Origin: Lama guanicoe
Lineage: Eukaryota
Length of the DNA stretch: 64,000 nt
Assembly (NCBI GenBank): GCA_013239625.1
Contig: MU056050.1
Location: 614,504-678,503 of the forward strand
Direction of reading: 5' to 3'
This document shows, piece by piece, positions 37,999 to 53,214 of the stretch (the stretch's first letter is position 1; the number at the start of each line of letters is the position of its first letter). Under the pieces are notes generated by a model. The model ran no database searches, was not told the DNA's origin, and saw nothing but the letters and a program-made list of their open reading frames with translations. The position numbers were made by a program, and so were the translations under genes.

Positions 37999-38600
37999 TA
38001 GATGATGATGGGGAAAAAGTGGAGGCAGGGAGACCAATTCCGAGGCTTTTGAAATGAGTGGTGATGTTTTAGTCTAGGGTTGTTACAGAGGAAGAGATAG
38101 AAAGTAGAAAAAATCAGCATATAATGTGTAGGTAGAATCTATAAATCTTTTTGACCGTTTGTGTGAGAAGAGAAAAAAGGATGATAAATTAAGGATGCCT
38201 AAGCTTTCTGCCTTGATCAGTCAGGTGGAAGGTGATGCTATTTATTGAGAAAGAGAAGATTGGAAAGGAGCATGTTTAGGGGAAATTGAAGTAGTCGTGA
38301 AATAAGTTACAATGTAGTATCTTTTGCTTCTGTGATAATGTTTGTAGACACAGTTATTAAATAAGGGGAATTCTGAATGCCTCCATTTCTGTGTTCCATG
38401 GATTGGCATTCCACATAATAAAGGGCTTTTATGGTCTAATAAGTTGTAAAAATACTGTGCTAAACAAAGCAGGACATTAAACAACGTTGGTTTTTTGGTC
38501 TGTAACTGTTACAGTACTTTTCAGAGACTTTGGTAGGCTACCATGGTTGTAAAACTCCCAAAGGGGAATATTCTGGGTTTCCCAAACTTTAGTCATGGGA

Positions 38601-39005
38601 TTTTTTTTAATTGAATTACAGTTGATTTACAATATTGTCAATTTCAGGTGTACAGCAAAGTGATTTGGTTATATACATATATGTATATATCTATATTCTT
38701 TTTTCTATTCTTTCCCATTATAGTTTATTATAAGACAGTGAATATAGTTCTCTGTGCTATACTGTAAATCCTTGTTTCTGTGTTTCTATATATAGTAGTC
38801 TGCATCTGTTAATCTCATACTCCCAATTTATCCCTCCCCTACACTTTCCCCCTTAGAAAATAAACTTCTGGTTACCATGTTTATGAGTCTTTCTGTTATG
38901 TAAATTCATTTGTACTTAGATTCCACATATAAGTGATATCATATAGTATATGTCTTTTCTGAGTCTGATTTATTTCACTTTGTATGATGATCACTGGGTC
39001 CATTT
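38601..39005 (-). mobile_element. 5'-truncated L1 3' end
   Basis: ttttttaattgaattacagttgatttacaat..tcaggtgtacagcaaagtgat. Confidence 0.85.
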
Positions 39006-39369
39006 TATTTTTAAATGATAACTTGGAGCATCCTGGAAATTTTATTGTAGATACGATTTACCTGTGATGTACTCAGATCTCAGCAGAGGATCTGACAGTC
39101 TTTCATGACCTTTCTGTGGAGAAGATGGACAACTATAGATTAGATGATACACATTGGGAAGCTTGGTTACTAATTTAAATACCAGAGATTACGAAGGTTT
39201 AACTCAGTGGTTCTTCACATCAGCATTACTTGGGGAGCTTGTTCAAAGTACTGGATCTCAGTCTAGATATATTGACTCAGAATCTCTGGTGGTGAGCCCA
39301 GGAAAATATACTGTGAAAAAGTTTCCTCAGACAATTCCAATGCAAGGCCTTGGTTAAGATTCACTGATA

Positions 39370-40010
39370 TTAAAAAGAGCATGAGCCTAGAGCCAAAAAT
39401 TTAGGTATGAATATTGCCTTTACCACTTGTTGAGTCTATGATCTTGGAAAAGTTTAACTGCTCTAAACCTCAGTCTCCTCATCTGTAAAATAGGAAATAA
39501 TAGTGCCTACTTTGTAGGATTTTAGTAAATATTAAGTGAGGTAAATTATAATTGAAAAAATACTATTTATTGAGGGGGATTATTATGTGCTAGGCACCAT
39601 GATAGCACTTTCATATAGCATGCCATTCTTTCTGTGGGTGGCCCCCGGGATGAAGCTTGGTGTCAAGAGTCTAGCCAGAGAAAGAGGAGTGGTAGAGACT
39701 GAAGTTCTAGGTTGAGAACTGAGTAGCTGGAGAGAGCTGTGATTTGAGAGGAAACAAGGAAACTTGACAGTCAGCACTAGAGCACTCAACAATAGAGAGT
39801 ATAGCCTTAGGATTTGGGTTTGAATCCCAGCTCTGCCATTAATTTTTTGAATGTCCTTGTGCAAGGAACTTGCTCTCCATGATTCTGTTTCCTCATCTGT
39901 AAAATCGGGAGACAAACAGTACCTCCCTCATAGAATGTGGTGGTGAAACTTAAATGAGTTAACTTATGTAAAGCATCTGGCAGGCAGTAGCATTTTAGGA
40001 AACTGTCGCT
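39370..40010 (+). mobile_element. Two MIR SINEs
   Basis: Cores ctcagtctcctcatctgtaaaatagg (about 39470) and tttcctcatctgtaaaatcggga (about 39890). Confidence 0.75.
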
Positions 40011-41795
40011 AGTAGTAGTAGTAGTAGCAATAAGGTATGAAAATTCAAGATTTTGTAGAGTGACTGTTCTCAAGCCTCATTGGGTAAGTGGGCAAATGGA
40101 GAGAAGAGGAAAGGAATGGATGGACCAAGGCATTTAATCTTGCTTGCTTCCAGTCCTCCAAGTGAGTCTAAAATTAGGACAAGACTGAGCCTAGAGATGG
40201 GGCAATCAATGAGGCTAACAGTGTGATGCTAGGGAAGGTACAGGTAGAGGAGATGAAGCAGAGGTTGACAGTCTTAATTCATGGGTAAGTCAGCCCTGAA
40301 GCAAGACATTTTGACCAGGCAAATTGATACAAGGGGCTTTTTTCCCCCTAGTTTTAATTTTGAAATAGATTCACAGGAAGATTCAAAGTTAGTACAGAGA
40401 GGTCCTGTAAACTTCTTGTACAATTTCCTTCAATGGTCACACCTTAAATAAGTACAGTAAAATACTAAAACCAGAAAATTGGTACAATGTATGTGAATGG
40501 TTATGCCATCTTATCACATGTGTAGATTCTTGTGATCACAACAAATCTCCATTGTGCTACCTCTTTATAGTCACGTGCACTCCCATCCCTCATAGTATCT
40601 TTGACTGCTGGCAACCACTATTCTGTTCCCCATCTCTCTAATCTTGTCATCTTAAGAAGTTTATATAAATGGAATTATATATGACCTTTAGAGATTGGCT
40701 TTTTTATACTCAGCATTATTTCCTTGTGGTCTATCTAAGTTGCATTCATCTACTTCATTTCTTTTTATTGCTGAGTAGTATTCCATGGTATGAATGTACC
40801 GTTGTTTGCCACCATTCACCTATTGAGGGAAGTTTTGTTTTTCTGTTCTTTGACAATTATAAGTAAAGCTGCTATGAACACTCATGTGTAGGTTTTTATG
40901 TGGACCTAAGTTTTTACTTGTCTGAGAAGTGCTGAGGCATGTGATTGCTGAGTAGTATGGTAAACATATGTTTAGGTTTTTTTTTCCCCCTAAAGAAACT
41001 GCCAACTATTTTGCAGAGTAGCTGTATCGTTTTATGTTCCCAACAGCAAAGGGTGAGAGGCCAGTTTCAACTGATCCTCATCAACATTTGGAATTACCAT
41101 GATTTTGGAGGGGGATGTTGCTTGATTTTATTTATTTTCAAGGCTTTGAGATAATTCATACAGTATAAACCTCCCTGATTGAAAGGGTACAACTAAGTGT
41201 TTTTTATCTGATAGGTGTGTAGAGATACCTCATTGTGGTCTTAATTTGCATTCTGCTATTTGCCAATGATGTTGAATATCTTCATGTGTTTATCCATATT
41301 CTCTTTGATGGAGTATCTTTTTTTTCCTGATCAGTTTTGCTAGGGTTTAGTCAATTCTATTGATCTTTTTTTTTAAATAACTAGATTTGTCTTTTTTGTT
41401 TTCTCTTGCTTTTCTGTTTTTAAAAATTTTTTTCTTTTTTTATTGAAGTGTAGTCAGTTTACAATGTGTCAATTTCTGGTGTACAGTACAATGCTTCAGT
41501 CATAGGAATATACATATATTTGTTTTCATATTTTTTTTACCAAAAATTACTACAAGATACTGAATATAGTTCCCTGTGCTATACAGTATAAACTTGTTTA
41601 TCTATTTTATATATATTAGTATCTACAAATCTCGAACTCCCAATTTATCCCCCCCTCCACCATAAGTTTGTTTTCTATGTCTATGTGATTTAATTGACTT
41701 TTTATTTCCTTCCCTCTGCTTGCTTTGAGTTCGTTTCTGGTTCCTTAAGTTAGAACTTTAGGATATTGATTTGAGACTTTTTCTCTTTTCTAATA

Positions 41796-42602
41796 CAGTA
41801 GTTCCTCCTTATCCGTGGTTTCACATCCATGGTTTCAGTTACTCATGGTAAACCAAGGTCCAAAAATATTAAATGGAAAATTCCAGAAATAATTCATAAA
41901 TTTTAAATTGGGACCTGTTCTTAGTATTGTGATGAAATCTTACACTTTCCCACCCGGGACCTGAATCACCCCCTTGTCCAACATATCCTGCCTGTTAGTC
42001 AGAAGTCGTCTCAGTTATCAGATTGACTGTCAGTGTCGCAGTGTTAGTGTGCAAGTAACTTTACTTAATAGCCCCAAAGTGCAAGAGCAGTGGTCCAGGC
42101 GATTTGGATATGCCAAAGAGAAGACATAAAGTGCTTCTTTGGGAAAACACTTCAAAAGAAAAAAGGTGAAAGCTTTTGACTTAATAAGGAAAGAAAAAGT
42201 TGTATGTTGAAGTTGCAAAGATCTATGGTAACAATGAATCTCCTGTGAAATTCTGAAGAAAGGAAAATTCGTGCTAGTTTTGCTGTTGCAGTTCAAACTG
42301 GAAAAGTTAGAGCCACCATGTATGATAAGTACTTAGTTAAGATGGAAAAGGCATTAAATCTATAAAATAAGATACTTTGAAAGGCCACCTTCATTTAACT
42401 TTTATTTTAGTATATTGCTTTGATCGTTCTGTTTTATTACTGTTAATCTCTTGGTATGCCTAATTTATAAATTAAACTTTATCATAGGTATATATGTATA
42501 GGAAAAAACATAGTGTATGCATAGGGTTTGGTACTATCCATGGTTTCAGGCATCCACTGAGGGTCCTGAAACACTTCCTCCACAGATGAGGACGGACTGC
42601 TG
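41796..42602. mobile_element. MER44/Tigger7-derived element
   Basis: TA-flanked cagtagttcctccttatcc..ggtccaaaaatattaaatggaaaattccagaaataa..ggtactatccatggtttcaggcatccactg..ggactgctg. Confidence 0.85.
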
Positions 42603-44106
42603 TATAAGCACTTAGTGCTATAAATTTCCCTCTCAGCACTTTAGCTGTATCCCTCAAAGTTAGGTATGTTTATTTTCATTTTCATTCAACTCAGTGTATT
42701 ATTTCATTCGATACTTATTATTTGACTTAAAAAGAGGACATCAAAATCATTAAAGGTGGAAGGGGGAGCAAGAAAATAAAGACTTTTTTTTCTTTTTGCT
42801 GTTTTTAGGATGTTTTGAGCTTATGTGACTATCAGTTTAAAGCAAATAGATATAGCAATGGGTTAATATACTTGAAAAACAGGGTAACCACAAATCAAAA
42901 GTCACAAAAACCAGAGAGAACCCAAGATAATTCAAAAGAAAATCATCAAACCACAAAAAGGATTGAAGTATGTTAATTTGTTTCTACAGCGTTTGAAAAT
43001 TTCCATGTTACCTTTCTGTTAATGATTTCTAGTTTGATTCCAGAGTGATTGGACAGCATACTCCATATGGTTTCAATTAAAAAAAAATTTGTTCACGTTT
43101 TATTTGGCACAGGCTATTGTCTATCTTGATATATGTTCCATGTGCATGTGAAAAGAATGTATATTCTATTGAGTGAAGTGTTCTCTAAGTGTCTATGAGA
43201 TCTTGTTAGTTGATAGTGTCAATATAGAATTTTTCTATTTTCTTGATTTTCTGTCTAGTTATGTCAGTTTTTGAGAGAGGTATGTTGAAATCTTCCATTA
43301 TAGTTGTCTATTTCGCCTTTCATTTCTGTCAGTATTTGCTTTATATAATTTGCAGCTCTGTTGTTTGGGACATAAACATTGGGATTGCATTATGTCATCT
43401 TGGTGGATTGACATTTTTATAATGTCCCCCTGCTCCTCATTAAGTAGGACACTAGCTGTGGGTTTTTTGCAGAAGCCTTTTATCAGATTTAGGAAGTTCC
43501 CACCTAGTCCTATTTGAGTGTTTCTGGCATAAAAAGAAACTGATTTTTTTTCCTGCATCTATTGAGATGATCCGTGTGTGTGTTAATTCTGTTCATATGG
43601 TATATTCACTGATTGTTTTTTTTGATGCTAATATGTCCTTGCGTTCCTGGGATAAATCCCAGCTAGTCATGGTGTATAATTTTTTCTATATGTTGATGGG
43701 TTTGGTTTGCTAGTATTTTGTTGAGGACTTCTGAGTTTATGTTTATAAAAGATACTGGCCTGTAGATTTTTTCACAAGTTATCTGATTTCAGTATCAGTA
43801 TAATAACAGATTCATAGAATGAGTTGGGAAATGGTCCTTCTATTTTGGGGGAAGTTGTTTAAGAATTGGTATGAGTTCTTTAATTGTGTGATAGAATTCA
43901 CCTGTAAAGTCACCTGGTCCTGGTCTTTTCTTTATTGGGAAGTATTTGATTACTGATTCAATCTCTTGTTAAGTCTATTCATATTTTCTAGAGTCAGTTT
44001 TGGTCATTTGTGTTTCCTAGGGACTTACCCATTTCATCTGTTAACTAATATATTGGCATGCAATTGTCCACACTATTCAAAATCCTGTTTATTTCTGCAG
44101 TGTCAC

Positions 44107-44457
44107 TGTCTTAGTCAGCTTGGGTTGCTATAACAAAGTGCTATAGACTGAGTGGCTTATAAAAAACAGACGTTTATTTCTCACAGTTCTGGCTGGAAGT
44201 CTGAGATCAGGGTACCAGAATAGTCAAGTTCTGGTGACGTCCTCTCCTCTTCTGAGTTATAGACTGCCATCTTCTTGTTGTGTCCTGGCATGGCAGAAGG
44301 GGCCAAGGGAACTGTCTGAGGTCGTTTTATAATCTCATTCAAGAGGGCTCTGCTCTCATGACCTAATCACTTTCCAAAGGCCCCACCACCAAATATCACT
44401 TTGGGGATTAGATTTCAACATAGAAATTTTGGGGGGACACAAACATTTAATCTATAA
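44107..44457 (-). mobile_element. MLT1A-type MaLR LTR
   Basis: tgtcttagtcagcttgggttgctataacaaag..tttatttctcacagttctgg..ttttggggggacacaaacatt. Confidence 0.85.
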
Positions 44458-47400
44458 AGGCTATCTTTATTTCTGATTCTAGTAACTTGAGTCTTTTTCT
44501 CTTGATCAGTCTAGCTAAAGGTTTGTCAATTTTGTTATCTTTTTAGGGAACCAAATCTTGGTTTCTTTGATTTCTTTTTTCCCCTCTAACATTTTTCTGT
44601 TTTCTATTTTCTTTATTTTTGTTGTGATCTTTGTATAGTTCACCTGTTTGCTTTAGGTTTAGTTTGCTCTTCTTTTTCCAGTGACTTAAGGTGGAAGGTT
44701 AGCTTACTGATTTGCAATTGTCTTATTTAAAAATGGGCATTTACAGCTAAAAAATACCTTGTAAGCACTGCTTTCGCTGGATCCTGTAATTTTTAAATTC
44801 ATCTCAAATTTCCCTTGTGATGTCTTATTTGATCCATTTGTTATTTAGGAGTGTTTTAATTTCACACATTTGTGAATATACCAAATTTCCTTCTATTACT
44901 GACTTATAATTTTGTTCTATTGTGATAGAAAAACATTGTATGATTTCCATCCTTTTAAAGGTATTGAGACTTATGGCCCACCATATGGTCTATCCTAGAG
45001 AGTACTGCATACACACTTGAAGAATGTATACCCTGCTGTGAACAGATGTGTTCTGTATGTCTTTTAGGTCTAGATATTTAAAAAATTTGTTTAGGCATAG
45101 ATATTTTATAGTGTTGTTCAGTTCTTCTATTTCCTTGTTAATATTATCTTGTTCTATCTATTATTGAACATGGATTATTGACATCTTCAAGTATTGTAGA
45201 ACTGTCTATTTCTCCCTTGATTTCTCTCAGATTTTTTTATGTAATTCGGTGCTCTGTAATTAGGTGCATATGTTTATAGTTGTCATAGATTCCCGATGGA
45301 TTACCCCTTCTATCATATAAAATATCCCTCTTTATCTCTAAATCATGTTCTAACTGTTATTCTTTGTATGGTATACCTTTTTCCATCCTTTTACTTTCAA
45401 TCTGTTTATATCCTTGAATCTTAAGTGTGTCTCCTGTACACAGCATATAGTTAGATCTTGTTTATCGATTCTGACAAACTCTACCTTTTGAGTATGTTGT
45501 TATTGATATAATTTGCTTTACATATACTAATTTTACTTTTTCTTGTTATCTATATGTCCCATGCCTTTTTTGTTAATCTATTCCTCATTTTACTGCTTTC
45601 TTTCACATTAAGTGAATATTTTCTAATGTAAGATTTTAATTTCTTTAATAACTTTTTTATAATTGACTTATTTCCTTCATAGTTCCTTAGTGGTTTCTTA
45701 GGCTTACCATATAGATCTTAACCAAATCTACTGCAGATTTATACTAATTTAATTCCAATGAGATACAGAAATGTTACTCTTCTGTGTAGCTCAATCCTCT
45801 TTTTCCTCTTTTTGTGATATTATTGCTGTATTTATTACATTAAAAACATAACACAGTGCTGTAATTATTACTTTATACAATTTTAAATCTTTTAAAGTAA
45901 CAGGAGCAAGGAGAACATAAACATATTTATAGCTTTTGTTAACTTTCTTTTCCATTTCTGGTTTCTCCTCCATTTATTCTCGTTGATCTATGTTACTATC
46001 GGCAGTAATTTCCTTAATCCAGTACAGCTTTGCTCTCTACCACCTCCTTTGTGTTGTTATTGGCAAATATATTTCTATAAGTTACAGGTCCAATAATGCA
46101 ATTATATATTTTAATTGCTTTTTAAATTGGTTAAGAGAAGAAAGGAATATGCATTTATACTGTCTTTTATAATAACATAATTACTTTACAGTTGCTTTTT
46201 TTCTGTGGATTGGAAATATAGTCTGGGGTCACTTGATTTCAGCTTAGTGTTTCTTGCAAGGTAGGTCTGCTAGCAACAAATTCTCTGTGTTGATCAAGGA
46301 ATGTCTTTATTTCACATTCAAAAATAACTTTGAGGGATATAAGATTCTTGGTTGGCAGTTTGTTGTTACCCTGAGCACTTTGAATGTTTTCCCCTTATAT
46401 TCTGGCCTCTATTGTTTCTGATAACAAGTCAGCTATTAATTGTATTGGTGTTTCCTTATAAGTGACACTTTGTTTTTTCTCTTGCTGTTCTCATGATTTT
46501 CTCTGTATCTTTTGGCTCTCAGCATTTTTACTATGATTTGTCTTTTTGTAGATCTAGTTACCTTTATCGTACTTGAAATTCATTGAGCTTCTCAGATGTG
46601 TAGATGAGTTTTTTCATCAAATTTGAAAATATTCAGCCATTATTTATTTCAATTCTTTGGATTTTTTTTCTGTTCCATTCTTTATCTCCTCCCTTCCAGC
46701 ATGTCTGTTGCATGCATCTTTGTGTACTTTATGGGGATCCCATATTTCTCTGAAGCTCTTTTCATTTTCTTTTTTCCTGTCTTACTTGGATTGAATGATA
46801 TCTACTGGTCTATATTGAAACTTAAGAATTCATTGTTTTGTCAGTTCAAATCGACTGTTGAGCCCCTCCAGTAAAATTTTCCTTTTAAATACACTTTCAG
46901 CTCAGAATTTCATTTGGTTCTTTTTTATAGTTTCTATCTTACTGACAGTCTGTATTTGATGAGACATTCTCATAATACCTTTGCTTATTTAAGCGTGGTA
47001 TCCTTTAGTACTTTGAATATGTTTCTAATAGCTACTTTGAAATCTTTGTCTATCAAATCTGATAGCAGTTCACTCTCATAGGCAGTTTCTGTTGCCTGCT
47101 TGTTTCCCTATACATGGATCAGATTTTACTGTTTCTTTGCATGTCTTGTCCCATTCTCAACAAAAAAATTACATTCTAGGTAATGTGCTGTAGCAACTGT
47201 TTACTAGGTCACATTTCTCCCCCTCCCCCTTAGTGGGGGCAGCCCTTGTTAAACTTATTTGTTGTTTATTTGCTTATGGCTAACTGAATCATTTGAAACA
47301 TATTTCCTCCCATAGTGTGAAGCCTCTGCTACTCCTTGGAGGACACAGCTTTGGGTACAGGCACAGTCACCCTGGAATGGTAGCTCTCTTTGTCTCTTTC

Positions 47401-47629
47401 CCTGAGCACACCCAGCTATTAAGCACCACTAATTGTTGGATGATTGTTCTATTGTTTTCAACAATGTCCTGGAGGATAAATTGCTCCCCAGGCTGATCCA
47501 ATTAAAATCAGATACTCTTAGGACAGCTTTAAAAAATGGTTTCCTACAGACTCATTTCTTCAAACTTTTTCTCTTTCCTCCCTCCCTTTCACCCTCCATC
47601 CCTTCCTCCTTATACTCTGCCCCCCCAAC

Positions 47630-49770
47630 AAGCTTTAAGCCAATATAATTGACATATAACATTGTGTAAGTTTAAGTTGTATAATATGACTTGATACACA
47701 TATTGTAAAATGATTACCACAGTACGGCTTCTTAACACTTTTGTCACCTCACATAACTACCGTTTCTTTTTTCTGGTGAGAACATTTAAGATCTACTCCT
47801 TTAGCAACTTTCAAGTATATAATACAGTATTGTTAACTGTAGTCACCATGCTGCACGTTAGATCCCCAGAACTTACTTATAACTGCAAGTTTAGACCCTT
47901 TGATCAACATCTCCCCAGTTCCCCTTCCCCTCAGACCCTGACAGGGACTATTCTACTCACTGTTAGTTGAGTTTGGCCTTCTTAGATTCCACACATATCA
48001 TACAGTATTTATCTTTCTCTATCTGACTTCAGTTAGCATAATACCCTCAAGGTCAATTCATGTTGTTGCAAATGGAAAGATTTTCTTCTTTCTCATGGCC
48101 AAGTAATATTTCTGGGTGTGTATTTGTATAAAAGAGCACATCTCCTTATTCCATTCATCCATAGACACTTGGGTGTTTTCCATATCTTGGTTACTGTGAA
48201 TAATGCTGCAGTGAACATGGGAGTCCAGATATCTCTTTGAGATCCTAATTTTATTTCCTTCGGATATATACTCAGAAGTGAGATTGCTGGATCATATGGT
48301 AGTTCTATTTTTATCTTTTGAGCAACCTCCATACCATTTTTCATAGTGTCTGTACCAATTTATTTTTCCATCAGCTGTGCACAAGAGTTCCCTTTTCTCC
48401 TTATCCTTGCCAACACTTGTTATCTCTTGTCTTCTGAGATGACATCTCATTGTTTTCATTTGCATTTCCCTGATGATTAGTTATGTTGAGCATCTCTTCA
48501 TATACCTGTTGTCCATTTGTATGTCTTTTTTGGTCCAGTTTCTCTGCCCATTTTTAAACTGGATTTTTTTTCTTTTTGCTATGGAGTTATGAGTTCCTGA
48601 CATTTTTGGATATTAACCCATTATCAGATGGTTTGCAAATATTTTCTCCCATTCTGTAGGTTGCCCTTTCATTTTGAATTTTTGCAGTGCTGAAGCCTTT
48701 TGATTTGATGAAATCCAAGTTAATGATTTTTTTTTTTTTGCTTTAGTTCCCTGTGTTTTTGGTATCATATCTAAAAACATTGCCAAGGTCCAAGTCAAGG
48801 AAACTTTTCCCTATGTTTTCTTCTAGGAGTTTTATGGTCTTAGGTCTTATATTTAAGAACTTAAATATATTTCGAGTTAATTTCTATGGTATAAGATAGG
48901 GGTCTGGTTTCATTCATTTGCATTGTGCTGTGTTTCAAGCAATATTTTATTAAACTGTCCTTTTACCATTGTATATTCTTGGCTCTCTTATCACATATTG
49001 GTTACCCATATATGCATGGGTTTATTTCTCAGCTCTCAAATCTGTTCCATTGGTCTGTGTCTATTTTTATGCGAGTACCATACTATCTTTTTTTATTAAC
49101 ATTTTTTATTGATTTATAATCATTTTACAATGTTGTGTCAAATTCCAGTGTAGAGCACAATTTTTCAGTTATATATGAACATATATATATTCATTGTCAC
49201 ATTTTTTTCTCTGTGAGCTACCATAAGATCTTGTGTATATTTCCCTGTGCTTTACAGTATAATCTTGTTTATCTATTCTACAATTTTAAAGTCCCACCTA
49301 TCCCTTCCCACCCTCCACCCCTTCATACTATTTTGATTACTACAGCTTTGCAAGATAGTTTGAAGTCAGGAAGTGTGATGCCTCCAGCATCATTCTTCTT
49401 AAGATTTCTTTGGCTATTCAGGGTCTTCTGTGGTATTCAGGGTCTTCTGGTTCCATACAAATTTTAGGATTGTTTTTCTCTATTTCTGTGAAAAATGGTA
49501 TTGGAATTTTGAGAGATTGCATTGAATTTACAGATGGCTTTGGGTAGTATGAACATTTCAATGATGTTAATTCTGATCTATAAACATAGTACTTTTCCAT
49601 TTATTTGCATTTTTTTCAATTTCTTAACTCAGTTATTTTATAGTTTTTGGTGTATAGATTTTTTCCTTCCTTGGTTTAAATTTATCGCTATGTATCTGAG
49701 TGTTTTGATATTGTAAATGGGATTTTTTTTTAATTTCCCTTTCAGATAGTTCACTGCTAGTGTATGAAAC
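47630..49770 (-). mobile_element. L1MA-like element with a nested short young L1 3' end at about 49091-49323
   Basis: ORF 48093..48344 gives [19 protein letters not shown]. The nested insertion is flanked by catactatcttt/catactattttg. Confidence 0.85.
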
Positions 49771-52700
49771 TCAAGAGGAAAAGGAGGGTCTACTGTATTT
49801 TCCCAACGTTTTACTCTTCCCATTGTATTTTCTTCCTTTCATTTACTTTTTCATGAATTTCCATGAATTTCCTTTAGCCATTTTTTTAGAATAGGTCTGC
49901 TGATGACAATTTTTCTTAATTTTACTTGAAAGTAGTCTTTCTCCCTTTTTTTTTTTTCACAAAGGATATTTTCACTAGATATAGCATTCTGCTTCATTAC
50001 TGCCAGTTAGGGGTGGAAGTCCATGTTTCCCACCTTTGGCATCCCAAAGGGAGGAGCCTCTTGTTACTTCTGGGCAGGGATAGAATTTCAAACCCCCACT
50101 AGGCCTCTGCTGACACTACCCTGGCTGAGAGGAGGAGTGCCTCATTATTTTATTTGAGATGGCCTCCATTGTCAACATGGAAAGATGGGCAAGAATGAAA
50201 ATCTTGGCTATGTACTCAGCCTTCTCTGTCACCACCCTGGCAGAGGGAAGAGGTGCCTACTTACAGCTTTGTAAAGGTAGGAGTCTAGGTTTCCCACTTG
50301 GCCTTTGCTGTCAGGGGTTGGGGTGAGAGCACAGTATTTTTCCCCCCATGGTATTTGGCTGCAGTAGGGTGATTCTTATCTAAAAGTATTCTGCCTTACT
50401 AGGCTGCCTTTATCCTGGTCCTTTGGCTAGAGAGGAGGTTTTTCTTGGAGCATTTTTAGTTTGCACACCTTGATATATCCTGGTTGCAGGCTTCTACCAT
50501 ACCCAATCGAGGGTATATTAGGCAAAAATAGAACCCAGGCAAAATTTGACACCATGCCATTCCTTGAGTCTCAGGATCCCTATGGTATTTTTCCTCTCCA
50601 CCTTCAGAGTCATCCTGTTTTTATACACAGTGTCCAGGGTTGTTACTTGTACTTAGTGGGAGGCATATGGAGAAGTGCATCTACGCCTCCATCTTACCAC
50701 AGAACCAGAGGTCTAGGGAACAATTAGATACAGCCATTTCAGGTACTGGAGACATTTTGATGTAACTGTTTTGATATAGCATCAGAATAATTATGATAAC
50801 ACAAGGATATTTTTATTACTAGATAATAAATATTCTTGTTAACTAGATGAGAATCATTCCTGCCTCCTGCTTCATCCTATCCCTGACCTTGGAAATAGGA
50901 GCTCCTTTATCTCTATGAAGGAAACCAGAATTGCCTAAGATTAATGGGTTCTCTAGTGTTAGTGGGAGATTGCAGAAGAGGCCTTCTGTTGAATCGCAAC
51001 CTTTTGGCTCCTCCTGAGGTGGTTCTCACTAATGGCTTTTATGACTATTACAGGAGAAAAGATAAGGCTTTTAACCTAGGTGGAAATAGGAACAGAAGTT
51101 GGAAGCCTGTAGCATCTGAGTTATCCATGCAGCAAATGAAGACTTAGCTCATCTACTTATCCTGAAGTGGCTTTTATTAGTGGAGATACAATGATTAGCT
51201 TTGAGGCCAATAATAGTAAACTGTATTCCAAGGCTACAGAAGTTACTGAAATAGTGCCTTTACTGGCAGACTTTATAACCACAACAAGGTAACCTAAGGA
51301 TAAATGGTTTGGTACTTTCTTCTAAATGCAACCACTGTTTAATTCATAGAATTTTCTTCTCTTCTTGCAACATAAAATGATGGCTTTTTTTTTTTAATCA
51401 GCATCTTAACTCCTGTTTCTTGGGACTCTTGGTTGGAAAAGGGACAAAAAAATAGGGGTGGTACTACCTAGTATTTGTGCGTATTGAATGAACCTGCTTA
51501 GTGAACAATGACACATTAAGATATGTCATCCATATTCTCTTTAAGTAATACTATTAATGAATATGAAGAGAATTTTGAGATTTAAATGGCATTGAATAGG
51601 TGAGTCAGAATGTTGGCTCAATAAACTTACTTGCAAATGATATGACTTTTGAGATTGCATCCTCAATACAACTTCTTTTTCTCTAATTTTTCCCTTTGAG
51701 CATTATGGCATAACGGTTAATAGCTCTAGAACCTTGAAGTCAGACTAGATGGTTTCAACGTATAGCTTTTCTGTTAATTACTTCTTAGCCCTTGGCAAGT
51801 TACCGAAACTTCCAGAGTCTTGGTTAAAGTGAGCATCATGGTAGAACCTACCTCTTACAGTTATTGTGAGATTTAGGTGCAATAAAAATTATAAATGCCT
51901 AAAAAATCCTGGTCCATTGTAAGCATTCAATACATGTTTGCTAAAATGATAAACATTTTTTAGGAGAACATTTCTAGTTACGTGGATGGGTCCTAATTGC
52001 TGACAATACTTAATGGCCCTTATTTTATCCTTTTCTGACCCCTAAAAAGTGAAGAGTTGGATTGTGCTTTAGCTTTTGGCAACTTCATAGTAATATAAAT
52101 GCCTCAAGTAAATTTGGGGGTCATTTTTGTTATGAGACATTGTGGGATTATAAGGTATTTGTCCAGAAAGTCTGGCCATTTAGACAATTGTGGGTAACAA
52201 TTTTTAGAGCTCTAAATCAGCATTTAAAAAAAATCAGGCAAAACAGCTTGAAAATGTTACTGAGATGAGAGCTGTCACCCTTCTCTCATGTCAGTGTGGT
52301 CTGGGTCTCTTGTGACAATGTAGACTGAGGAAACACCTATATCTTGGACTGCCATGCCTATATGTAACATTCAGGCAGTGCCTCACTATTCAGGATCTCC
52401 CTTCAGAGAATACTAATACGTGTTTACTGTTACTTATTAATAGTATCTAGGATGACTTTTATTTATCATTGTAAGTTTATGTACAAAGAAAGCATTAGTA
52501 GTTTGGTCTCTTGGCCTCCTTAAAGGGAATATGACATTTAGTTATTTAAGGAATCATGCCAAAGGATTCTAGTTAGAGTTAGGAAAAAATCAAGACTTTA
52601 AAGAAACTTTCATTCAATAAAAAATAAATATATAAAGATCATCATCTTAAATTTCTAGAAGAATATTTATGTTTAAAAGATTGGAGAAAGATGGAACATA

Positions 52701-53214
52701 TCACAGATGAATATATTTTACTTTGCTGAAATATTAACTTGAAACCTAGTTATTTCTTGTGCCAAATTTTTTCATCACTGATTTTATTAACCTTAGATAT
52801 TAAAGTTTTTCTTTTTATTCACCAAAATTCGCTGAGTGCCTGCTGTGTGTCAGGTACTTTGTTAGGCTCTGGTTATACAACTCAAAGTAAGAGGAACAAG
52901 ACTTCTGCTGTCATGGCAATTCAGTTCAGTGGGAAGGAAGACAGAAGATCAAATAGTAAACAAATAAGGAAGGTTAATTTCAGGATAAGGGTTCTGAAAT
53001 AAATGGCGTACTGTGCTAAAGAATAAATAGAGAGGACCTATTAGCATGATTTGGGATGGCCTCTAGGAAGGAGACAATTGCACTGAGATTTGAGGATAAG
53101 CCAGTTATTTAAAAATGTGAGAGAAAAGGAGTCTAGGAATTGGAGTGCCCGACAAGAAGGAACTTTGTATATTCTTGCAATTGAAAGATCAGTAATACTT
53201 GGGTAAAGAGGATA

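Larger units (their letters stand above)
40350..47520 (-). mobile_element. Fragmented old L1M elements (3' UTR, ORF2 pieces, ORF1/5' region) with nested insertions
   Basis: Antisense L1 motifs throughout, e.g. ggttttttgcagaagccttttatcagatttaggaagttcc and ttccatccttttactttcaatct. A younger L1 3' end sits at about 41425-41685. Confidence 0.75.
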
